DNA of 48,749 bases, filler included, from Circinaria calcarea (GCA_051942165.1; 2 parts of 2 records of this genome joined end to end with filler, not necessarily neighbours in it), one strand, 5' to 3'. Positions 35,937 to 48,749 are shown, numbered from the whole stretch's first letter. Notes: a model not told the origin generated them from the sequence alone. A program made the numbers and translations.

Positions 35937-37053
35937 ATGGTCTGGCCCTTCAGCTCCAGCAAAGATGAAAGCCCCCCATCCACCAACGCTGACCCTCTCC
36001 GCGACCTCGACCCCAGTCTCCGCGACTTCCTCGAAAAAGAATCCCCCGTAAAATACGAGCGCTCCGAAAATCCTCCTCCTCCACCACCAACAGACTATGC
36101 GCCTCAGCCCAGACTCTCATTACCGCAATCGCCTTCTGAATCTACATCTCCCACATCCGAGTCCTCTTCTCCACCTCCCGACAAGAACCATGTTCCCGCC
36201 CAATCTCTCTACCCCGATGGCCGCTACGCAAACTTCTGGTCTACATATAAGCCGCTTCGGGAAATCGAGTCCGCTCATCGGTCCGACCAGGAAAAGCTCC
36301 TTGATATTATAGAAGGCTACAAGGAGCGTAAAGCGCAGATTGGACGTGCGGCTCTGGAGAACTGTGCGATGGAGCAATGGGCTATAACTGATTGTTTTAC
36401 CAACGGTGGGTGGACGAGTAGGATGACGATGTGCAGGGCGGAGAATAGGGGGTTAGAGAGATGTTACACGATGCAATCCGTAGGTGATTCCTAGACCGAT
36501 GTGCGAACGTAGGAGTATTGAGTACACATTGAAGTAGCACTAACTGTTGATGTTTCAGAGGTTTCTCAAAGCTTTAGGATACCTTTCTACCTACGATCGC
36601 CCACCTGAAGTCGACGAACAGATCCAAATGCACGCCGACTCACTCTACCACCGTATGCTTGACCAAGAGCGCGCCGTGGAAGAAGCAAAGGCCGCAGGCC
36701 TACCCATTCCGTCGTTCCCTCCCATCATGTCATCGTCTCCTCAAAAATCATCACCCCCTCTCAGCGACACAGCCTCAGTAACAGAGAAGGCAGGAATTCG
36801 GCAGGCTGCTTCCGTAAAACGCGAGGAACTAACACCAAAAGTCAAAGCGCAGCTTGAGAAAAGATTCAAGGACCTCTCGCCCGAGGAGTGGGAAGTGGAG
36901 GAAAAAGCTCTAGCCATGGAGATTGCTGCTGGAGAGATAGTGCAGAAACAAATTGGTGAACTCTGGGATGAGCAGGGAGAGGCAAGGAGGCTGCGAAGGG
37001 AACAAGGTAAGGAGTCCTTCTCAGATCGAATTACTAGATGGTTCGGGCAGTAA
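35937..37053 (+). CDS. Conserved fungal uncharacterised protein with a twin CX9C motif
   Basis: MVWPF...DPLRDLDPSLRDFLEKE...AALENCAMEQWAITDC...MTMCRAENRGLERCYTMQS|RFLKALGY. Intron 36480-36558. Confidence 0.85.
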
Positions 37054-37309
37054 AGGCAAGATGGTCATCGGTTCTCAGCAGCTTCACAGTATGGTATTGC
37101 AAGCTTTAAAGTCATGGCTCTGCCAGTATCCATGGAGCCTCTCAGCTTAGGTGTACTTTAGTACCATGTATACTATTAATATCCTATGGAGTCCGCCTAT
37201 CCCATACCGAAGTATTGAGATCATAATCATTACTTATCGAAGCAGGGGCCGTCATGGAGCCTCGCAAGAGACACACGCTCGCGCCAAGATCATCCTTCGA
37301 ACGTACGTT

Positions 37310-39560
37310 TCAAAGCCAAGGCTGCGGCTGTTGGACCTGGCTTGGTTGACCGGGTCTTGGAAAAACTGGGATAATCTCCAGCTGATCAAGACCGCCTCCT
37401 ATAGTCCCTTGTGATGCTTGCCAGCCCTGCCCAGTTTGCTGATTGACGAATGCACTCTGCCTAAATGGATTAGTACTTCCTGTAGGATTTGGCATCAGTG
37501 GTGAAGTTATGGGTGTTTGCGATTGGGACGTAGGCTGAGACACATTGCGTACAAATGGATTCGTTCCGGTCCGGGTGGATTGTAGAGGTTGGGCGGCTTG
37601 TTGGGTCTGGGATGAATCTGATGGTGATTGCAGAGCATTCGATGAGAAGAATGATGTACCTGTAGATGACGGCGCTGACTGTGATGCCTGCGTTGAGTAA
37701 GGTGATGTAAATGGGGTGCTCTCGGATTGACCAGCAAGCTGTGTATTAATACTTCGCGCGAAGGGGTTGGTTGATTGACGATTCGCTGGCGATGTCATTG
37801 GAGGAGATGCGGTCTGTGCTGGTGATGTGGACGCAGTGCTCTGTGGTAATACTGATTGCCTAAATGGGTTTGTCGATTGAGGGCGCCCCGTAGGGAGCGA
37901 TTTCTGGTGCGGAGCAAAGCTAAGAGCACTATCTTGGGGCACATTGGATAATCCTGTCTGGCTAGGACTAAAAGGTTGTTGAGGTTGTTGAGCTTGTTGA
38001 GGGTATTCAGCGAAGCCCGCCCCCGAAAAGCCTTGTTGCGGTTGCTGCTGTAAGCTAGATTGGCCAAACGGATCTATATTCCCGTACGGGCCGTTAACTT
38101 GCTGCTGTACCTGAGTCAGCCCTGAAGCAAAGTTTTGCTGAGAGGGAAATCCTGGCTGCTGGTATTGATATTGTGATCCTGTCTGAAAGCCCGTAGTCTG
38201 CTGTGGTGGGGATGTAGCATATGATTGTGGATTCTGCTCAATTGACTCGAAGAAATCGATGAGATCAGGCGCAGGGGCCTTGGGCTCTTGTCTTGAAGGC
38301 GCTGCCTGGACTGGATCTTTGGTGAACGCATTTACCCCTGCATTACTATTGTTGTCGCTGAGTTTCTTGGAATCATTTGATGAACCTTTGGTTCCATTGC
38401 CCACGGGTTGCTTTCCACTTTTCTTCGCTTCCTGTTGTGCTAGGTATTGCCGCCTGTTGATCTCAAAATCAGGATCATATAAGTACTCCTCGAGAGATGC
38501 TGTCAGACTTGTAGGTGCATGTTTAAGTTTCGGAATCGCAAGTCGAGTAGCGTTTTCATGTTGTCTAGCCACACCCAGAAATTCGACGACTCTGTTCGTT
38601 TGTTGGCTGAACGTTTTGTATATCGACAGTGCCCTTTCTGCATCGTATCTAGACATCTCGAAGTAGTGCTCTAGCTCACTATAAGTTTGTACCTGCAAAG
38701 CCGATATTTACCATGATAGCTCACCTAAAACATTGATCGTTCCTTCGTTCATAACGTGATAGAGTATCAACAGATCCATGGTCAAAAGACGAAAGGCAGT
38801 CAAACTAATCTCATTCTCCGGCTCGGTGCTCAATAGCTGATGAACGCTTGTCAGCAAAGCTACAAGATGCGGTAGACCAGAAAATATTACATCACATTTC
38901 AATAATGCTGCTATCTGTTTTTGGACACTTTCTGTTTCCCGCAATAGGCCTTTATCAATGGTCTGCCGCTTGAGTCTGCCCTGTCCTTCTCTTACCCAAT
39001 CAATCTTCGTATCTCTATACGACTTTACCCGTGCCAAAAGATATACAGAGTAATGTCGGATGTTGCTACCCTGAACCTGAACTAGAAGCCCATGCTCCGT
39101 CAGTACGGTGCATAGCAGGTCCCCCAACGCTTCAGCAATCGACGCCATTGCTTCCTCTCCTGGCTACGGAGCGATTGACCCTCCTGCTTCACAGTCGTGT
39201 ATGAGAAAGCTACGTACCATCGGAGAATGTTCCCGTGTCCAATTTTGACGGCGCATCTGCTAGGAATTTCAACGTCACATTAGGCTCCCCTTCCCGTATC
39301 ATGAGGTGGACTATGATGAGGGCTTTAAACACGATGGTCCATGTTGAGTCCCGTAAGCGATGTTGTAGAGTTCGAAAGACCTCCGCAACACCTGCATCTC
39401 CAGTATTCGTGGCGACAAGTATATGTTCTACGTACTTCGACTTGGGCGCGGCAAGCTATCAGAGGTACATCAGCAAGCTTGCAATACTCGCGGGATATTG
39501 GGCGCGACTCGCCTTGATCTTCGTTCCCCCCTTAACACTTTTTTCGAAGGAATTGGTCAT
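37310..39560 (-). CDS. ANTH-domain clathrin adaptor (AP180; Yap1801/Yap1802 orthologue)
   Basis: MTNSFEKSVKGGTKIK|LAAPKSKYVEHIL...RLRDSTWTIVFKALIIVHLMIREG, clathrin-box-like DLIDFF and several NPF motifs. The first intron is GC-AG. Confidence 0.92.
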
Positions 39561-40959
39561 GCTTGGCTTTGCGCTGGGCGGACGCTGTCTTCACAGGCGA
39601 TTGAGATTATCAAACGGGCCGTAACGGTGGCGCTTAATAGCTTATCGACGAAAAGGTTTGGTGTAGCAGCCCAACAGAGCACAGCAATGGTGAATTGCAG
39701 TATCAAGCCATTATATTCATTTGCAAGCATTAGCTAGGCTGCCGTCAAGAGCGCTGATGCTGCAACTCCACAGACCCCTCCCTCATCGAATTGTACCCAG
39801 TAAGCGAGGTGAGAAGGAGGGCCTGCTCAGGTTTCGAACGGTCGGTCTGCGAAGTGACTGGATGCCAGAGTCGTGGAATGATCGAACCATGATGGTGAAC
39901 CTGCCTGAAGTCGCAAATAGAGTGTCGTGAACTTATGACGGATCCGCTCTAGCTCTCCAATCACTTCGCTGAGATGTGTCCAGGGGTGACACGTGCATCA
40001 ACAGCTAAAGGCATGGGATTGCAATATAAATCTCTTAAGGGCTTCGCACCGGCAGCAGTATACCATACAACAAGCATACAACAAGAAGTACCGGGTATTG
40101 CAAGTTTACAATGACAATCCTGAGCTCCAAATCGCATATTATTTATAGCACCGTCGTTACTCTACACGGTATCTACTGGATGCTAGATAGAGTACCAACG
40201 CCTATCCCCCCATCGTCGTCCAACGAAATATGGCAATGTTGTTACGGCTCTTTGCCGATGGACAAGCGTACAGAAGCTTAAAAACACGAGCCTGTTGACA
40301 CTGCTCTGATCAATCTACCGCCTAGCAATCGTGAGACTTAGAAACCCTTTCCACAAGTCTCTAGTGCGCCGGCGGGGAGGTAAGACTGTGTGCACAGCGA
40401 GAAAAAGTAATATGTAGCAGTGTTCTTCTTTATTATGTACAGTAAGATGAGAAAATCCCAAATCCCTCGTAAAAACCTTTTCAGCATGCAACAAAAGATA
40501 GAAAGTGGCCACCCTATGATTTTGAATAGAAAAGAAAAGGAAGGCCTTCCAAGTTTCGAGGATCAGAGATGCCTTCATCGCGTCCGTTAAAGTAACAAGG
40601 TGTGTGTGCCAAACGCCTATTTCACTCTTACTCCACTCTCAGCAAGCCAGCCACTTGAGCCCAATGAAGGGAGAGCCAGCAAGCCAAGGAGGGAGCAATT
40701 CCTGTCATATGGTACACTCTAGGCTTTCATCATCTAGGAACATCATCAGCAGAAGCCCTGAGATTAGGGGTGGTACGAACATACATTTTTAAAACTTGGA
40801 AGGATGAAGAAGAAACGAAATCTGGGGGCGTCGGGGGTAGGAAATAAAGGTGGATCACTAGCGTAGGTTTTAGCGCTCATCCCATTCCTGGACTATAATT
40901 GTGAAAGCTCCCAGATTTTACATCAATACCCAAGCGGCTGAATACTTCTATGAAATGAA

Positions 40960-43199
40960 ATGCTGCAAAACGCTGGGCCAAGTTTGTTACGAAGTTGTGA
41001 CAAAGTCCGGTCAAGCTATGTTGAGATATCAAAATATATCCGACCATTGTTATCCGCAGCAGGCTGGGCCCGAGAGGCTGTACAACATGCTTCACTGGGG
41101 GGTTGTCAAGCCCGTCGCTTTTTGCACTACAGCCAGTCCTATCACCAGGACACGGTTCAGCCGTTGAAAGAGCCTCCATTCTTTGATACGTATAAACAAT
41201 CACGTAAGACTAAGATATCCGTACCACCCAGCTGCAAATATACCCTTCCTTCATATGATCTCTTTCTGATCTGCTGAAGTTTCATTTCCTGCCGTCACAC
41301 ATGAGATCCGTGATTTTCTAGGTTCTCCTGAATGCTCGCGAGAAGAGGTGATCCTGCATGGATACTTGGGTGTCCGAGCGGATCTTTCTAAGAAGTTGTC
41401 TTTTGTTCCGCTGTTGAGCAAGGATCTGAGTCACAGTATCCAGATAGTTTCCACGGCAAAGTCTATCGCAGGAAGAGTGTATTCTGTACACGAAAGATTG
41501 AAAACCTATGAGCCGAATACACCTGTAGTTGTGAGAGGTGTGCTTAAAGCTCGGGTACCGGCTGCCAGCAAGAACCTTGCGGATATGGAAAAGATCAAGG
41601 CTGTAGAGGTTGAGTTGTGGGAAGTCCAACCTCTGAACGAATTTCCAAAGGATATCATTGCTACACCAGGGACAGTCTTCCCTCCCGAGCAACGCCATCT
41701 TCAGATTCGATCCGACAAAAGTCTTCGCGACGCGCTTGTCTTTAGAGCAAAAGCTGCAAATATCTGTAGAGATGAGCTAAGCAATTTCCGGGCTTTTACA
41801 GAGATAGAGACGCCTATTCTTTTTAAGTCTACCCCTGAAGGTGCACGAGAATTTATTGTTCCTACGAGACGGAAAGGATTGGCTTATGCATTGCCGCAGA
41901 GTCCTCAACAATTCAAGCAGTTACTTATGGGAAGTGGGATATCCAAATATTACCAACTAGCGAAATGCTTCCGAGATGAGGATTTGCGGGCAGATCGGCA
42001 ACCCGAATTCACCCAAGTAGGTCTCTTAGGAGTGGGAGTATTCCAAAGCAAGATTACTAATCGTTTCCATACAGCTTGATGTAGAAATGTCTTTTGCATC
42101 TGGGGAAGATGTGATGCAATGTATTGAGTTGCTCGTCAAGAGGTTGTGGAAAGAGATGCTCGACATTACTCTACCGTCTCCGTTTCCGCGGATGACATAT
42201 CAGCAGGCGATGTCAAGATTCGGCTCTGACAAGCCTGATATACGCATTGGGATGCCGATCTCAAGGATCGACTATCTTTTGCCAGCAGACCTCGTCAGTA
42301 AAATCACACCATTGCAAAACCCAATTGTCGATGCATTAATGTTTCGGGCAGCACCAGATGAACCAGATCCGAACAAAACACGTACCTTCATCAGCAACTT
42401 CATGGACTCACCCGAAGCAGCTCCGTTCAACGACAATCCGGAAGGTGGTCCCGGCATCTTCATCTACGATTCCAAGAAGCCTCTCCAAGGGTTGCAATCA
42501 TTCGGATTCGAGGCAACTGAAGAGTTTGAGAGGTTGTTCGAAGCAGAGGATGGAGATTTGATCATATTGCAAGCGCGCAAGGATGCATCCTTTAGTGGTG
42601 GATGTATACCACTTGGCAACCTTAGACTTGCCCTCCACAAAGCTGCAGTCAGGAATGGCTATACCGAAGCTCATAGCGGCTTCGAGCCCTTATGGATTAC
42701 TGATTTTCCACTCTTCTCGCCCTCCAATGACACAGAACCTGGCCAAGGCGGGGCTGCAGGACTCGCATCCACCCATCATCCATTCACGTCGCCAAAATCG
42801 CCCGAAGATGTCGACCTTTTACTTTCCGATCCGTCAAGAGCAATCGGAGAGCACTACGACCTGGTAATCAACGGGGTGGAACTCGGCGGCGGCAGTCGTC
42901 GAATCCACAATGCAGAGATGCAGAAATTCATCATGCGGGAGATTTTACAGATGAGTTCGGAAAGGATAGCGGAGTTTGCACACCTGTTGGAGGTCCTTCG
43001 GGCAGGATGTCCCCCGCACGCAGGCATTGCTCTGGGTTTCGATCGGTTGATAGCTGTCATGCTGGGGAAAGAGTCGGTGAGGGATGTGATTGCGTTTCCG
43101 AAAAGCGGAAAGGGAGAGGACTTGCTTGTGAAGAGTCCAGGCGTGATGAGTGAGGAGATCCTGAAGACGTACCACCTTCGGCTGCGCGAGGATGAATAG
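40960..43199 (+). CDS. MSD1: Mitochondrial aspartyl-tRNA synthetase
   Basis: Presequence-like N-terminus, [48 protein letters not shown] and [13 protein letters not shown]. Introns at about 41203-41279 and 42017-42074. Confidence 0.93.
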
Positions 43200-43566
43200 A
43201 GGTGCAAACAACTCCACTCTATTGTGTATATTAGATGTACTGTACGATAGACAACAGTTAATAACGTCTACAACGACGCTATCTTCAGCATAGATTAATT
43301 AAACGGTATTTGGGTTTATATGGATTTAGCTAGGCTGAGAAGTTTCGCATGTGATATTGTACGGCGATTCCGGTCATGCATCAGCACATGAAAGCAGTTG
43401 TTGGGAAGATATATCATGGTACTCGTAACTTCATAACGTCCATCGCTATGAACCAGCTGGTACGTTTTACCCCTGTTTCTCCCCCCATGGCTCTCGTTTA
43501 GTCTCGTCATTCGCTTCTGCGATCCGTACAAGCTCATTTTCGCCTGGCACCCTCTCGCCATTCTGC

Positions 43567-44340
43567 CTACCCCATCTTTGCCTTTGAAAAGTCCATTTCT
43601 GTCTACACGTTAGCTTCCTTCTCCAACAATCACAACGGGGAACAGATTAACCTGGGTGTTGTGCCTGAAAACGACGAAGCATTTCCATTTTACCTTCCTC
43701 GTCACTCGTCGGCTTTCCTATCTCCTTCTGCCGCTGATCATACATCATCTTCTCGACCATCCCCCTCGTTTCCCCATCCAAATCGCTCAATTTGGAGTTC
43801 TCGGGCGTGATCTTGGAGGTATCGATGGGCGGGGCAGTTGTAATGACGTTTGGCCACCACTCCATCTTGTTGGTTTTGTCGAGGTGCAGGGCGATTTCTT
43901 TGGTGGTGGTGCTGGAAGTGGTTTCGAGTGTCCAGGTGGATTCGTCGGTGTGGATGGGGTGGGGGAAGTCGCCCTGAGGTGGGAGAGAAGGAGTTAGTTG
44001 TGGGTAGGGGAATAGAAGGGAGGGAGTAGAAGGGAGGGAAAGGGAGGATGGCCTTGGGAAAATAGGGTTGAATGTTGGGGCTATTTGGTAGCCTGGCCCA
44101 TTGGGGGGTACTAACATCGATTATGGGATCTTGGCCTTTTATGCCGACCTTAAGCTTCGTTTTGGATATAACGACATTGATATCTTTCCCTTTGAGGTTG
44201 CTGGGGACAGGAACCGTGATGTCGAGGTCTCCTATGGTTTGAGTCCATTTATAAGGTAGCTTGGCCTGCTCCTCTGCTTCTTTGGCCTTGGCTTCTGCAT
44301 CTTTCTTCTCCCTCTCTTCTGGGGTCGGCGATGTGGACAT
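43567..44340 (-). CDS. nudC: Nuclear distribution protein NudC (CS/p23 domain)
   Basis: [12 protein letters not shown]...DESTWTLE...[10 protein letters not shown]...[34 protein letters not shown]...[12 protein letters not shown]. Two introns. Confidence 0.95.
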
Positions 44341-44840
44341 TGTTGGTAGATCTGGCAGGTAGTACAAGAAGTGATTGGGGGTTCTCAGATCTCGTATTAT
44401 GTGGAGTGCAGGATGAAGATAAGCATTAAGAACAAATTAACGTCACAAAGCTAGGTAGATGCCTTAGCGGTCAGCCTTACGTACATTAGCAATGCTATAC
44501 ACTCCCTAACTCACATACTGGGTGACTGGATCGATTTTGCACGGGGCAAACAATGGGGTTTCCTTGCTTTTTCAACGCTCAATGCTTTTAACTTGGCTTC
44601 AGTAATGCGGAGTGTTCCTGTGTGGTAGTCTCGTGTCCATGCACCATTCATGGCAAGCGCAAAACCCCTTGCATTCAGCCTCATGATAGATAACTAGGTA
44701 TCTAAAGAGATAGCATCTCCTGGTCTACCAAACCACCTTGCGTCAATAATTTTGCTTAAATCCAAAAGTCCTCCTCAAACTCCATAATCAGTTCGTGTCC
44801 GTTCGATTTAGGTCCGACAGGTATATTCAATCTAGAGCAC

Positions 44841-46237
44841 ATGTCATTTAGCACAGGTGACTTCCTTGCTGTGTGTCGACTCATTGCAGATATCGATTCC
44901 TTGCTGCGCGACTCCAGACATGATTACCAGCAGATATGCGACCAGCTCCAGGTCCTCCAGACCACTCTTGGTCAAGTGGCCGAGTTAGATCAGCCGAAGG
45001 AGCAAATGGTATCCGTAGCGGTTATCCAGGCAACGGCGTCAAAAGCCAAGAAGTCTTTAGTGGAATTCAAGGACCGCATGGAACGCTATGAGAAGAGTCT
45101 GGGAAGAGGCAAATCTGCAGGGAAGCTGAGAGACGTCGAACGCAAGTTGTTGTGGGGAATATCCGGACAGGTAGCGACAGCGGAGAAGCTTCAGCGGGAG
45201 CTGAACACATACGTCGGATCCATCAACATGGCGCTCGGCATTTACAATCTTAACCATGCGACGCTGATTGCAAAAAGAGCAGAGGAGCAAAGGGACGAAT
45301 TGCAGACAGCAATTGAGCGTAGCCACGAAGAATTAATCCGGGTGAGAAAGGATAACCAGGGCCAGATCGCAACCATATTTACTCGTTTGATGCCGGACGT
45401 CAGCGCTATTTCCATTATGATGTCCCGAGTACTGTACGCTTCTAGGTCCTAGGCAATCTACATGAATACACTCTAACCATTGGCCATAGGACCATGCTTC
45501 AAGGATTAGAAGAGTCGGCCAAACAATCACAAATTCAGTGTCCTCCACCGAACACAAGAGTCAACTGGTTCCAGGACCCAGTAGTACTCAATGATGCAGT
45601 AGGGTCAGTACTTCATTACAGGTTTGAGGATTACCAGCATGGCTAACCTGTTTCAAGCCGCCGAATACCCATTCCATCAGAGTATAGCATGGGGCTCGTG
45701 CAAAATATCATCGGCTTTAATTTCCGCAATGGACCGGGTAATGATTGCGTTCGTCGCGGATACTACGAACTGTTCTACTCGGAAGACCGAGCACGTAAGC
45801 TCTATGCTTCTGAAGACACCCCTCTGATCCCCGGCTCAAGCATCACAATGGCGGTCTGGGTATGGCAGAAATGCAATGGTCATTGTCCGCGATCTTTCTG
45901 CCGGGGCTCAGTCACCTCGGCGTCACAAGGGGGCTACAGGTGGTAAGTAATATAAATTCCAGTCCCGCAGCAGCTAGGCAAAGGAAGACAATTACTGACA
46001 TTGCATAGTACGGGTTGCGGACTCTGGTTCGATTCCGACCAGTCGGGGAGAGCCCAAAATGTTAACCGTACGGAAGAGTCCACGGATCAAGTAGTAATCC
46101 AGACTCCAGACAGCAACCGGGAAGGCCGGTATAGCAAAGGTTCCTTCAGCAGTGATCCGTTCCGATATGTCACCCTCACCCAGCCCTTGGACATGTCTGA
46201 GACTTTGGATAGTTGTCAAGGGGTCACATGTGCATAA
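44841..46237 (+). CDS. SesA/HeLo-like fungal STAND N-terminal domain plus ubiquitin-like domain and Zn ribbon (~406 aa)
   Basis: Helical start MSFSTGDFLAVCRLIADI...YQQICDQLQVL, then WFQDPVVLNDAVGRRIPIPSEY...GPGNDCVRRGYYELF...LIPGSSITM, then CPRSFC...CTGC. Exons 44841-45433, 45490-45603, 45658-45942 and 46009-46237 join in frame. Confidence 0.75.
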
Positions 46238-46946
46238 GACGACACAGAAGTTCTGTCGTGGAGAGCTATAGAGCAAACCCCGGTATACTTAATCTTAGCT
46301 AAATTCGGCCGGTATGGAAGATGAAGGTCGCTAATAGTAGTTAAAAGAATACCTTATCCTCTTGAGGTACCCAGATACTGTAGCAACGAATTAGCTACGA
46401 AGCCTTCTTGCCTCCATTGCTAATTCCATGTTCAATCAGTCACACATATGGTTCAAACTCATAGCGAGCCATGGGCATTGTGTAGGCCTAGCAAATTCCG
46501 ATAGGACCATCGTCGCTAAACGCAAGACGGATGTATTCAAAGGCCTCCCCGCTCGTAATAAAACAAGCCAGAGTCTAATCGTTTCAGGCATGGTCGTAAT
46601 GTCTTATCAGTACATGCACACGGTACCATATCGCAATCGGACCTTCGACAGTTACAGGTAGCCCCCTTGACCTTCCTTCCAAGGCGGTACGGGCTTGCAA
46701 TTCTTACAAATCGTCCCGGTGAGCCGGAGGCGGGTGTGCTTAGCTGAGCTGCCAAGGCTGGAGGATTGGGTCCCATAAAAATTATGCAACGGGCTATCGG
46801 GCTTGAAGAGATTTGCTATTCTTGTACCACGGGGCTACTGGAGCTGCAAACATCAATGTCCCCCAAGCAAGTCTTCCATTCTACTCTCCCCCGTGAATGA
46901 AAATTGTCATCACCCTTTCGTCAACGAATTCCGTACATCTCATTAT

Positions 46947-48749
46947 ATGACAATGGCACAATCTGAGCCGTCGGAGACCTCCCCTCTACTTCCCAAACTT
47001 ACGGAATATGTAGACCCCGGTGACGCGCCAAACGGTGTGCTTCCTCATGATGATGAGAGCACAGAACATGCCAACGGACATGGAAGCGGACTCAAGCCTG
47101 ACGATGACGAGGAGAGGCAGCAGGATAATGGCGAGGGACCTGTGCCTTATCAGGGAATGCCGGAAGTGAAAAAGCAGCTCAAGTATATTCTTCCGGCAAT
47201 AGCGATTGGGGTGAGTTTTTCGCTGTTCAATATCCTACAGGAGATAACGCTCAAGGTTGAATAGATATTCCTGTCGGCCATGGACCAGACAATCATTGTC
47301 TCCAGCTATGGCAAGATAGGTAGTGAATTGCAGGCACTGAACAAGACCTCCTGGATAGCCACAGCGTATGCGTACTCCCTTTCCTTCATGGTTCATTCGA
47401 GAATACCTAGTAACTCACTGATGTCTCGCATCCTGGACTATAGTTATTTCCTCACTCTCACTTCCTTCCAGCCACTGTATGGCAAACTCAGCGATATCTT
47501 CGGAAGAAAACCGGCGCTGCTATCCGGATATGCCCTCTTCGGTACTGGTTGTCTTTTCTGTGGGTTGGCTAGGAATATGAATGAACTTATTGCTGCAAGG
47601 GTGAGTCCAATTCGGACAACAGAAGGAATTGCATTGGTTTCCTAACCGATTACTAGGCTTTCGCAGGGAGTATGATCATTGCTTACCTATCAACGGTTTC
47701 GTGTACTGATGAGTCTAGTTGGTGGAGGCGGAATGACCACGGTGGTATCGGTAATGATGAGCGATATTGTGCCGTTGCGTGAGCGAGGTACCTGGCAAGG
47801 CATCCTCAATATCATATATGCATCAGGAGCTGGCATAGGAGCTCCCTTAGGTACTTCATACTCGCAGGTCGCTCGGGTAGAAGGAATAGCTAACGCGAGT
47901 TCAGGGGGTATCTTGGCTGACAGAATTGGATGGCGATGGTAAGTACATTGGCTTAGGTTTTAGTTACCTGCTTATGTATACCAGGGCGTTTCTGGGTCAA
48001 GCCCCCCTTTGTGCCTTGGCTTTTGTCAGTGTCACTTTCGTTCTCAAGTTGCCAAAGATGGAAAAATCAAGCTGGAAGTCCAAGTTACGGCGAGTCGACT
48101 TCCCTGGCGCCTTGGTCCTTGTGTCGGCCATATTCTCGCTCCTTCTTGGCCTGGATCGAGGCAGTAATGTGTCATGGTCCGTACCTATCGCTCTCGTTCC
48201 TCTTTGTATATCAATACCATTGTTTGGTCTATTCGTATTAGTCGAGCAGAAATATGCACCGGAGCCTTTCGCACCTGGACGTATCATCTTTGAAAAGAGT
48301 CTCTTTGCATGCTATCTGTGTAACTTCTTCAGCTTTGGTGGCTGGTACGTTTCTCGATGCTTCAAACCCCGGTGCAGAGGCTTTACTGATGTCCACAGGC
48401 TTTCGGCAATTTATTACTTGCCCCTATTTTGGCAAGCTGTCGACGGCTTTACTGCCAGTCAAGCCGGGGTTAGACTCTTACCTGGCATAGCCGCTGGTGT
48501 TTCTGGGTCCTTATTCGGTGGTATCGTCATGCAGAAGACCGGGAAATACTACTGGCTGACGGTGTCTGCGTATGCGACTCTCATCATTGGCATGCTACCA
48601 ATCTTACTATTTTCTGGTCTGGTACTTAACAATACCTATGGTATTTCTGTTGGGATGGTACTTTGTGGGTTTTCCAATGGTATCGGCGTGACCACCACTC
48701 TTATCGGCCTCATTGCGAATGCTGCACGTGAGGACCAAGCCATTGCGAC
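46947..48749 (+). CDS. MFS DHA2-family transporter (Vba/Fnx-like vacuolar type), runs off the window
   Basis: Dileucine signal SETSPLL, AMDQTIIVSSYGKIGSEL, FQPLYGKLSDIFGRK, AFAGIGGGGMTT and SDIVPLRERGTWQG. Many short introns. Confidence 0.92.

Noticed and set aside
40639..40735. Minus-strand ATGATGA...CTGA resembles a box C/D snoRNA
   Set aside because: No terminal stem and no recognisable rRNA-complementary guide.

Overview
Gene-dense eukaryotic DNA from a filamentous ascomycete (Pezizomycotina), judged by short GT-AG introns with CTAAC/CTGAC branch sites and by the gene content. I rebuilt 22 protein-coding genes by hand, most of them spliced: UTP13 (partial), an unknown membrane protein, SAD1, PRE1, RRP9, a Psh1-like RING protein, a 2OG-Fe(II) oxygenase, COX23, MDM20, ILM1, CDC43, MNS1 (cut by a gap), RAD2, PPZ1, an Ame1/CENP-U-like protein, an unknown twin-CX9C protein, AP180/YAP1801-2, MSD1, nudC, a SesA-like plus ubiquitin-like protein and a DHA2 MFS transporter (partial). 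The window also holds an intron-containing tRNA-Val(TAC), an internally deleted Tc1/mariner transposase (the 22nd ORF), and an artificial N44-TTAATTAATTAA-N44 scaffold linker. Most of it is housekeeping, and I cannot demonstrate a complete new multi-gene system. The best leads are: (1) a ~46-bp, G-U-rich hairpin filling the unusually long first intron of an uncharacterised gene, whose product looks like a degenerate mitochondrial-carrier fold; (2) the SesA-like/ubiquitin-like/Zn-ribbon gene; (3) an intron that splits the PRE1 start codon; (4) TACGGAGTA motifs between tandem genes; (5) an open, catalytically dead Tc1 derivative next to the tRNA. All family calls come from recognising motifs, not from database searches.
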